Source of the DNA: Candidatus Cloacimonadales bacterium
GTDB taxonomy: Bacteria > Cloacimonadota > Cloacimonadia > Cloacimonadales > JAFGVF01
Direction: 5' to 3'
NCBI GenBank assembly: GCA_963678375.2
Contig: OY782831.1
Location: 33,447 to 97,446, forward strand
Length of the DNA: 64,000 nt
The position numbers and the translations under genes are program-made. Below the pieces are notes generated by a model, which was not told the origin of the DNA, did no database searches, and saw only the letters and a program-made list of their open reading frames with translations. Below are positions 9,027-16,847 of the stretch, one piece after another. The number at the start of each line of letters is the position of its first letter. The stretch's first letter is position 1.

Positions 9027-10427
9027 CTAATATTCTAAGATAATTGTCTTTATGGAACCATCCTCATTTTCGAAATTGATTCTCATGGTGTTTTCATAAT
9101 CAGTAGATTCTAGCTCATCATTAACTTCAGCAGGTACTTCTTGGGTTTCGAACCTTTGGATTTGACCATCCTCAGTAGATGTAACTGTATTACCCTTAGT
9201 TACCAAACTTTTCTCTTTAGTTTTTTTGTTCTCAACTTCTACTCTTCCAGAAAATCCTACTACTTTCGTAATACCATTCTCTAGTTGGACTAAAAATTCT
9301 GTACCTCTAACAGAAGCAATTGTAGATGTAGTTGAAACAGAATATTTTCCAGCTATTTTGTTATTAACTGTTGAAAGGATTGAGCCTCCCTTAAGCTGTA
9401 AGTCTTTATTCAATGTCTCATTGTCCTCTTCGGCACTAATCACTACTTCACTGTTTGAAAAAACACGTATATTACTTGAGTTATCAACTAGTTTAATCAA
9501 TGCTAATGAATTAGCATCAGTAGAGACCTTATCCATATTCTCTAATAGAGTACCTACCTCACAAACTAGCTCCTTTCCTTGTCGTTCTAGAGTTAGTTTT
9601 CCTTTGATTTTTAATACTACCGCAAGAGGAATTGAATTACTGCTTGTTTCATCTGTGTTTTCCACAGATGACTCAGCATTTTCCTTATTTGAAATAGCAG
9701 AATCGATTTCATCTGCTTTTGTGTTACTAATTGGTATAACCATTGTTGGATCAGAAATAGCTAGGGCACTTGTTGGATCTGGGGGAGTTAGGATGGTAAG
9801 ATTTGGAGCATCTAAACCATTGTCAGGATTAGCACCAAGGTCTTCCTTTTCTTGATTATCTTCTGGGGACTTCTCAGTTTCTGGTTTTGGTTGATCTGTA
9901 ATTTCTAATATTTCTCCATCATTACGAGAAATTAACCTCTGATTTGCACCTAAAGAATGTGTTTCCCCAGATATTTTATTCAAGACATCTACATTACCTT
10001 CAACTACACTCACATCTGTTCCTTCCTCAGTAAGAGAAACTTCGAAAGCAGTACCTCTTACTGAAGCAACTGTTGAATTAGTTTCCACAGTATATGAACC
10101 AGTGATTTTATCTTTTAAATCGTTTAATATCTTACCACTATTAAGAGTAATTTTTGTATTTAAACTATCTATTGCTGATATATTTATCGAGGAGTTAGGA
10201 AAAACTCTTAAGGAACCATTAGTAAACTTGTAGAAAATTAAAGCATAAGAATTATTCCCGGAACTGATTGTAGTATTATTAGATATTGAATCTCCCACTT
10301 TATAATTGACTTGTAAGGAATCAACAGTAGAATAAATATCACCTTTAATCCTAGTGAAAACAGCAATATCATTTGCTATTAAAAAACTTGATAAAACCAT
10401 AAATAAAACTATTAGAATTCTTTTCAT
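9027..10427 (-). CDS. secreted protein with two FecR-type domains separated by an acidic/Pro-rich linker
   Basis: 466 aa with signal peptide MKRILIVLFMVLSSFLIA. Duplicated FecR-like signature TVETNSTVASVRGTAFEV and SVSTTSTIASVRGTEFLV. Linker KPETEKSPEDNQEKEDLGANPDNGLDAPN... No N-terminal anti-sigma or TM segment. Confidence 0.7.
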   Translation of the reverse strand: MKRILIVLFMVLSSFLIANDIAVFTRIKGDIYSTVDSLQVNYKVGDSISNNTTISSGNNSYALIFYKFTNGSLRVFPNSSINISAIDSLNTKITLNSGKILNDLKDKITGSYTVETNSTVASVRGTAFEVSLTEEGTDVSVVEGNVDVLNKISGETHSLGANQRLISRNDGEILEITDQPKPETEKSPEDNQEKEDLGANPDNGLDAPNLTILTPPDPTSALAISDPTMVIPISNTKADEIDSAISNKENAESSVENTDETSSNSIPLAVVLKIKGKLTLERQGKELVCEVGTLLENMDKVSTDANSLALIKLVDNSSNIRVFSNSEVVISAEEDNETLNKDLQLKGGSILSTVNNKIAGKYSVSTTSTIASVRGTEFLVQLENGITKVVGFSGRVEVENKKTKEKSLVTKGNTVTSTEDGQIQRFETQEVPAEVNDELESTDYENTMRINFENEDGSIKTIILEY

Positions 10428-10437
10428 TATCTCCTCC

Positions 10438-11559
10438 CTACTCTACACTAACTTCAATTTCAAAGGTGGAAAACAAATCTCTAATTCTATCAACAGCTTC
10501 TTTACCATAGATTGTTTTACCATTAAGTTGGATTCCATCTTTTGGGAGGTATCCTGATTCTAAAAGGGCAGTTATTTCTGCGATGTTTAAATTTAGTAAG
10601 TTGTTTTCTAATTCTTCTTGGAAAGCATTGGGAACTTCACTTGTAGGAGCACAGGCAAACTGGAATACATGGTAAGAGCTTGATAGATACTGATCAAAGT
10701 CTTCTTGATTAAGACTTTCCTCACCAATATATTTTACCTTTGCCTTCCAAGCGTAATATTTACCTTCTTGGAAGTTATAAGATGGGTTATATACAGTCAT
10801 GTTATTCACCCATTCTTCTTCTACAACTCTACCATTAAACTCCAAGTTAGAGGGATCAAGTTCATATGGTTGGTCAAACTCTTTTATTTGAATAACATAA
10901 GCGTTATTATAACCAGAAGATGTCCAGTTAAATATTATAGGCTTTGCGAGTAATGGGATATTGGTTGATCCAGCTAATACACCAGGAGATATAATTCTTA
11001 CTGATTGAATACCTCTTACTGAGAAGGAAATTATGGTGCTATCTCCTTGATAAAGAGGGTTTTCAGGAACTAATTCGATTTCAATCCGATACTGACCATC
11101 AGGGAAACGGCCTGTTTCTAATAAGAAATCCTCAAACTGACTATTATTTTCCATCACATCATCAAATGAGAAGTTATTATCAGCTTCAAAGAATCTATTA
11201 TCATTTGAAGTTATTACATCTCTATTAGTAACATTAAAAGATGTACTAAATTGATTAGCTTGGGAAAAGCCTTCAATTGGACTTAAGCTTGTTCCTGTAA
11301 GTTCATTACCGTTCCAAAATAGCTTTATATTCAGATCATATTCAGCTCTATCACTAACATCATCTGGAGCTTTATCTGGAGTCGTGATATTGAGGTTAAA
11401 AAGGATAGGTTGCGAATATGGTTGGGAAGGATCAAAGTAAGATACTTTCAAAATATTGAGATTACTTTGGGTTGAACTTCCAGTAACTAAATAAGCTGTC
11501 TCTGCAAAAATAGTGGTAGTTAGAACAAAAAGTAAAAGAAAAATTAAATTTTTCTTCAT
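10438..11559 (-). CDS. secreted hypothetical protein
   Basis: 373 aa with signal peptide MKKNLIFLLLFVLTTTIFA. No motif I recognise. The start overlaps the ddl stop by 4 nt, with AAGGAGG RBS inside the ddl 3' end. Confidence 0.5.
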   Translation of the reverse strand: MKKNLIFLLLFVLTTTIFAETAYLVTGSSTQSNLNILKVSYFDPSQPYSQPILFNLNITTPDKAPDDVSDRAEYDLNIKLFWNGNELTGTSLSPIEGFSQANQFSTSFNVTNRDVITSNDNRFFEADNNFSFDDVMENNSQFEDFLLETGRFPDGQYRIEIELVPENPLYQGDSTIISFSVRGIQSVRIISPGVLAGSTNIPLLAKPIIFNWTSSGYNNAYVIQIKEFDQPYELDPSNLEFNGRVVEEEWVNNMTVYNPSYNFQEGKYYAWKAKVKYIGEESLNQEDFDQYLSSSYHVFQFACAPTSEVPNAFQEELENNLLNLNIAEITALLESGYLPKDGIQLNGKTIYGKEAVDRIRDLFSTFEIEVSVE

Positions 11560-12479
11560 AACTCCTCCTTAGAAAGAGATAATTCAATTATTGTTTTTAA
11601 AAGAGTTTCAAAGTTAATTCCTTTAGCTTTAACAGCCATAGGTGTTAGACTTAGAGCAGTCATACCAGGTAAAGTATTAATCTCAAGAAAGTAAAAGTCT
11701 TTTCCATCATATCTAAAATCTACTCTTCCATATACTTTACCAGATATTCTTTCAAAGAGATTATAAGCCATTTGTTGGATTTTGCTAGAAATATCTTCTG
11801 ATATTTGAGCAGGGCAAATATATTCTGTATTTCCTTTAGTATATTTATTTTGGTAATCATACCAGCCATTTTTTGGTCTAACTTCAACAACTGGATATGT
11901 TTGGTTACCTAATATTGTAACAGTTAACTCTTTCCCAGGAACAAACTCTTCTATTAAAACTCTATCATCATAAAGAAAAGCAGAGGTCAGAGCTTTAGGT
12001 AAATCTTTGGAATTTTGGACCTTAGTTATTCCAAGTGAAGAGCCTCCATTATTTGGTTTAACTATGTAGGGGGGATTAAAAGCAATTTTTAAGTTAGTTA
12101 AATCAGTTGTTTTTTCAACTAAAATATCTTTAGCAACATTAATTCCTAAGTCTTTAGCAATTAGCTTAGAAAGATACTTATCCATGGCAATCTTACTAGC
12201 AAAAGACCCAGATCCTGTAAAAGGTATTTTTGCCATTTCAAATAAAGCTTGAATATTACCATTTTCTCCATCCCCACCATGTAGACCATTAAAGACAATT
12301 TCAGCTTTAAATTGACGAATTGCTTGGAGAAAGTCTTCTATTGATGAGAATTTACTGGGGTCTATATTCTTACAAATATAGTTTTCTTTTGTCAGGCATT
12401 TAAGTATTTCTTTTGAGCTGTTTAGTGATACTTCACGTTCACTTGAGAACCCGCCTTCAATAATGACAATTCTTTTCAT
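11556..12479 (-). CDS. ddl: D-alanine--D-alanine ligase
   Basis: 307 aa, ATP-grasp pattern: ..VFNGLHGGDGENGNIQALFEMAKIPFTGSG.., KPNNGGSSLGI, LEINTLPGMT. Confidence 0.9.
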   Translation of the reverse strand: MKRIVIIEGGFSSEREVSLNSSKEILKCLTKENYICKNIDPSKFSSIEDFLQAIRQFKAEIVFNGLHGGDGENGNIQALFEMAKIPFTGSGSFASKIAMDKYLSKLIAKDLGINVAKDILVEKTTDLTNLKIAFNPPYIVKPNNGGSSLGITKVQNSKDLPKALTSAFLYDDRVLIEEFVPGKELTVTILGNQTYPVVEVRPKNGWYDYQNKYTKGNTEYICPAQISEDISSKIQQMAYNLFERISGKVYGRVDFRYDGKDFYFLEINTLPGMTALSLTPMAVKAKGINFETLLKTIIELSLSKEEL

Positions 12480-12517
12480 ATATCCTCTTATGTAATTCTA
12501 CTTTTAATGATAGACAA

Positions 12518-12545
12518 ACTATAAAGAGAATATAAAAATAGTCAA
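12518..12545 (-). promoter_or_regulatory. putative promoter of the ddl-to-cyclase operon (TTGACT-N16-TATAGT)
   Basis: Minus strand reads TTGACTATTTTTATATTCTCTTTATAGT, 39 nt upstream of ddl ATG 12479. Confidence 0.4.
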
Positions 12546-12548
12546 TAA

Positions 12549-13484
12549 TTAAAGTTTAATTCGATAAAATACTTTCAAATCTGCCCCTAGCGATGCTTTA
12601 AACCTTGCAATTGAATCTGTGTTAGCCCCACATAAATCAAAAGTGCTATAATCACCCTTTAAGAATTGACTAATCTCATGGATTAAGAGGGTAGATAATC
12701 CATTCGAGAGTTCCTTTAGGTCAGTAGCTGCCAACCAAGCATAAGCAGTTTTATTTAACTTATCTAGTATGCATAACATTGTAGAAACAATATGCTGATT
12801 AGCATTTAAAATATTAAACTGTTGAACATGACCAAGTTCGATCAAGTGAGATAAAAAACCTTCTAGTACTTTTTCATCAATATTGAAATTCCAGTCTTGT
12901 CTCTGCTTAGTAGCTTGGAGTAAACTTAAAAATCTAGAAATATCTGTCTGCTGGTTGAAAGTATAAGGTAATTTTTCAGCTTTTCTTAAAGTGGCTCTTT
13001 GTCTTTTAAAATGATTATCAGTATTATAGTTCTTTAGGTAAAAAACATAAGTATAAAGAGGGGTAACCGTCATACCAGACCATAGAAAACCTCTAACATC
13101 ACTAGTCGTTGGAGATAGATTTTTACATACTTTAAAATAGTATTTATGATAATATTCAGCTATTTTTTTATTAATCTCGAGTATTTGAAGTTGATTTTCA
13201 TTTTCGTATTTTCGTTGAGGTAAAAAGAATTCTATTGGCTGATAATAGACTATTTGGGGGTTAATAATATTAGGTATTCCTAACATCTTTTTTTCAAAAG
13301 AAGATGTAATAGCAACAATATTATTATTTGAACGATTAGTAACAATTAGGTATTTAACATCTAGTTTAAAATATTTATTAATAGATGATAAGAAGTCAGG
13401 ATAGAGATAAACATTAGTGATTTTATGGTTATCTGGTAAATCAGTAATTTTGTAAGACTTTACAAGTAAATCCATGCTAGCCAA
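12549..13484 (-). CDS. FemAB-like / GNAT (Acetyltransf_6-type) family protein
   Basis: 311 aa. The C-terminal ..FDLCGANTDSIARFKASLGADL.. resembles the Fem/CelD-type acyltransferase tail. Only weak motif-level recognition. Confidence 0.45.
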   Translation of the reverse strand: MASMDLLVKSYKITDLPDNHKITNVYLYPDFLSSINKYFKLDVKYLIVTNRSNNNIVAITSSFEKKMLGIPNIINPQIVYYQPIEFFLPQRKYENENQLQILEINKKIAEYYHKYYFKVCKNLSPTTSDVRGFLWSGMTVTPLYTYVFYLKNYNTDNHFKRQRATLRKAEKLPYTFNQQTDISRFLSLLQATKQRQDWNFNIDEKVLEGFLSHLIELGHVQQFNILNANQHIVSTMLCILDKLNKTAYAWLAATDLKELSNGLSTLLIHEISQFLKGDYSTFDLCGANTDSIARFKASLGADLKVFYRIKL

Positions 13485-13848
13485 TTAATTTACGAGTAAC
13501 CTCTAACAACTCTTTCATTCTAAATGGTTTGATAATATATTCAAACACCCCATCTACCATAGCCTTATAAGCACTATCAACAGTGGGATAACCTGTCATG
13601 ATTACTATTTTTAGATTTGGATCTTTTGAAAGTAGTGACTCCATAAGTTCAATACCTCCTATATCAGGCATAACAAGGTCAATAATCGCTAGAGAATACT
13701 GACCTGCTTCAAAAGTTTCAATTGTCTCTAAAGCTGTATTTGGAATTTGCACTTGATAACCATTTTTGGATAAGTATTGACCAACCACATCACGTAATAA
13801 CTGGTCATCATCAACTATCAATATCTTTTTACTCATATTTCTCTCCAT
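13477..13848 (-). CDS. single-domain response regulator (CheY-like receiver)
   Basis: 123 aa: KILIVDDDQLLRDV, phospho-acceptor context IIDLVMPDIGG, IIKPF. Confidence 0.85.
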   Translation of the reverse strand: MERNMSKKILIVDDDQLLRDVVGQYLSKNGYQVQIPNTALETIETFEAGQYSLAIIDLVMPDIGGIELMESLLSKDPNLKIVIMTGYPTVDSAYKAMVDGVFEYIIKPFRMKELLEVTRKLIG

Positions 13849-13917
13849 TTATATGAACTTAAACTATATACATAATTTAATTGTTAAGTAAGATTTGTCA
13901 AGATTTTAAATTCTAAC

Positions 13918-14850
13918 TTATTCAAAGTCGAGTTTTAGAATTACAGGTCTGTGATCTGAAACAATTGAAAAATAATTACTTATAATCTTATCATATTTAA
14001 TTGTATAGCAAGCTGAAAGTGGCCTACCAAAGCTTTCAAGCAAGTTTTTGTTAATAATAATATGATCCAAGTGGGATGGCCAGTTTGGGTAAGAAAAATC
14101 AATTGGATCAAGTGACATATCGTAGTCAGCAAAGAGAAAGTCCTCATTATTTAGAAAAGCAGGAAACACATTTGTAAGGCTTGGCTCATGAAATTGGTCA
14201 TTGAAATCACCAAGTAAAATAACATTATCATCGCTAAAGTTTTCCACGACATAATCATGCAATTGGTTCAATGCCTCCAATCTTCTCACTTCCTCATCCC
14301 AATCATCCCAGTAATCAATCTCATTATCTCCACCTGCTTTAAGGTGGTTGTTGATAATTATAAAATCAATATTTTTCCAGGTTATATCAAGTACATAGGG
14401 CTCACGTGGGAAGAGTCTGCTATCTTGTCTAAATATTTCATATGCATTATTAACTGTAACTCTTTCTTTATTATAAATGAATCCTAGAATTGGATTATAA
14501 TATGACTCTTCATCATTTTCATCATAGACATAATACTCGGAAGCAATGACATCATAATCATTCAGATAAAGGTCTAAAAGATTGAAGTCATTAGTATCCG
14601 TAATCTCTTGAACAGCTATAACATCAGCATTTAGCTGAGGTATTTGGTACTGTAGTTCATTTATTGTATTATCAGCAGCAAGTGGAAATTCTTTTAGATT
14701 CCAGGTTAGAAAAGAAACAACATTTTCATTGTATTCACTAACAATAGCATCATTAGTAACTACATTATCTGTACCACAGCTGGCAATGACTAAAGTTGCC
14801 ATTAAAAAAATGACAACTTTAATCACTAAGATATTTTTATTTAATTTCAT
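13918..14850 (-). CDS. endonuclease/exonuclease/phosphatase (EEP) family lipoprotein
   Basis: 310 aa with lipobox LVIASCG. EEP motifs VIAVQEI, NNHLKAG, LLGDFND, SDHRPV. Confidence 0.8.
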   Translation of the reverse strand: MKLNKNILVIKVVIFLMATLVIASCGTDNVVTNDAIVSEYNENVVSFLTWNLKEFPLAADNTINELQYQIPQLNADVIAVQEITDTNDFNLLDLYLNDYDVIASEYYVYDENDEESYYNPILGFIYNKERVTVNNAYEIFRQDSRLFPREPYVLDITWKNIDFIIINNHLKAGGDNEIDYWDDWDEEVRRLEALNQLHDYVVENFSDDNVILLGDFNDQFHEPSLTNVFPAFLNNEDFLFADYDMSLDPIDFSYPNWPSHLDHIIINKNLLESFGRPLSACYTIKYDKIISNYFSIVSDHRPVILKLDFE

Positions 14851-16729
14851 CTAATATTTTACTCTCTATACTAGCTTCATCAAGTCCACAAAGTTGGAAA
14901 ACTTGACCTGAGTTTCCTGAGAAGGCATAGTTATAAACCCCCAACTTAACTAATTTGGCTTGAATTTGATTTTCTACTAAAGCTTCAGCAATAGATAATC
15001 CTAAACCAGAGTTTGCATTATGATCTTCTACAGTAAAGATTATACCAGTTTTTGCTGCATCTTTTAAAGCTTCAACATCGATCTTTAGAGGTGAAGAGAT
15101 ATTCCATACTTGAAGATTTATACCTTTAGCTTTCAGTGAATCTGCAACTTTCACAGCAGTATTGGCTAATGTTCCTGTAACAATTATTGCTGCTTTGTCT
15201 CCACTTCTGAACTTATCAGCTCTTCCATATTGGAATACATAATCTTCCTTGAAGAAAACATCACCTTCTTCATCAGTAATTGGATCTAGCTTTGATCTAC
15301 CCATAGCAATAACTTTATTACCAGGATTAGTAGCCATGTAGCGGACTGCCCTATCTGTTTGATTAGGGTCAGCAGGTACAATTACTTGGAAACCGAAGAT
15401 ATTTCTCATTGCTCCTATGTAATCTATGCACTGGTGAGTTTTCCCATCCTCTCCCACATCTAGACCGACATGTGTAACTACAACATTTAGATTACCGTGA
15501 TTAATATCTGTTAATCTAAGCATATTATAGACTTCGTCAATACCAAAGACTCCAAAATCTGCCCAGAAAGTTTGGAAATTACAAGTAGAAAGAACCCCAG
15601 ATACAACACAAGTATTATGTTCCATTATACCTGATTGGATAAATCTCTCGGGAGTAGTTTTAGCAAATTCTGCGGTTTTAACACTTCCTGCTAAATCACA
15701 ATCAAAAACAACTAATGGTGTTTTACTATTTTTATTAGCATTTTCTAAATCGACCAAGGCATTACCCCAGGCTGATCGGTTATCTGTTTTCTTACTATAA
15801 ACTCTATTTTCACTAGCACGAATATCAGCTTTAAAGTTGTTAACTTGAGGATGTGTTTCTGCTTTAAACTCTTGTCTAAGTTTAGCTAACTTATCCATAT
15901 CATTGTTAAGATTTAATTCAACTAAAGCATCCACGAGTTGCTCATCATTTAGGGGAGCACCATGATAACCTGCCTTATTTTCCATAAATGAAACACCTTT
16001 ACCCATGATTGTATTTGCTAATATCATCACAGGAGCTTCATTGTCTCTTGAATCATATAAGGCATTACTAATTTCAGTAAAATCATGTCCATCAATTTCA
16101 ATAACTTCCCAGCCATCAGAAAGGAAGTTGTCTCTAATATCTTGGGGCATTACTTCAGAAATATCTCCTGAGATTTGCAGTTGGTTATAATCAACAATCA
16201 CTGTAATATTATTCAATCCAAACTTAACAGCAAAACGTCTTGCTTCACTGATTTGTCCTTTTTGTTGCTCACCATCACCCATGAAGACATAAGTATGGTT
16301 TTCAATTCCTTTAAGCTTTGAGGCTAAAGCAAATCCGCAAGCAGCGGATAGACCTTGACCAAGATTGCCTGTTCCCCACTCAACACCTGGAACAGTTCTT
16401 TCAATATGTCCTTCAAAGATAGAACCAGCTAATCTGAACTGAGAAATTGCTTGATCAATGTTAAAAAAGTTTTTATGTGCTAAAGCAGAATAAACTGCTG
16501 GTGATATATGTCCATTACTAACTACCACAAAATCTCGGTCATCATCTTTAAAATTATCTGGGGTAATGTTAGCAATTTGGTAAACAGACATTAATAAATC
16601 AATTGTTGACATAGACCCACCTGGATGTCCAGATTTCGCTAATGTTGTCATTTTTAATATTGAAGCACGTGCTTCATTAGTTGACTTCTGCAAGTTTTCA
16701 ATTATCTCTTTGCTGAAAGTGCCTTCCAT
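14837..16729 (-). CDS. tkt: transketolase
   Basis: 630 aa: SGHPGGSMS, GDGEQQKGQ (ThDP-binding GDG), and full-length N-terminal, Pyr and C-terminal parts. Confidence 0.9.
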   Translation of the reverse strand: MEGTFSKEIIENLQKSTNEARASILKMTTLAKSGHPGGSMSTIDLLMSVYQIANITPDNFKDDDRDFVVVSNGHISPAVYSALAHKNFFNIDQAISQFRLAGSIFEGHIERTVPGVEWGTGNLGQGLSAACGFALASKLKGIENHTYVFMGDGEQQKGQISEARRFAVKFGLNNITVIVDYNQLQISGDISEVMPQDIRDNFLSDGWEVIEIDGHDFTEISNALYDSRDNEAPVMILANTIMGKGVSFMENKAGYHGAPLNDEQLVDALVELNLNNDMDKLAKLRQEFKAETHPQVNNFKADIRASENRVYSKKTDNRSAWGNALVDLENANKNSKTPLVVFDCDLAGSVKTAEFAKTTPERFIQSGIMEHNTCVVSGVLSTCNFQTFWADFGVFGIDEVYNMLRLTDINHGNLNVVVTHVGLDVGEDGKTHQCIDYIGAMRNIFGFQVIVPADPNQTDRAVRYMATNPGNKVIAMGRSKLDPITDEEGDVFFKEDYVFQYGRADKFRSGDKAAIIVTGTLANTAVKVADSLKAKGINLQVWNISSPLKIDVEALKDAAKTGIIFTVEDHNANSGLGLSIAEALVENQIQAKLVKLGVYNYAFSGNSGQVFQLCGLDEASIESKILDEIK

Positions 16730-16847
16730 AAAGTTCTCCTACTTTATAATATTTTTTCTTAAACAAATTTGTTTTCAACCACTTACTTGTCAATAGATAA
16801 TCTTAAACTAGACCTATTGAAGCAAAAATCTGAAAGCAAATAGCTTT

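Noticed and set aside
9226-9855. 209-aa plus-strand ORF antisense to the FecR-like gene, unusually long for an AT-rich genome.
   Set aside because: It has Ser/Leu/Thr-rich low-information composition, no RBS and no recognisable motif. It lies exactly opposite a well-supported gene with signal peptide and FecR signatures, so it is a shadow ORF. The same applies to 38652-39026, 29733-30059, 40586-40879, 43110-43361 and the other short antisense entries in the track.
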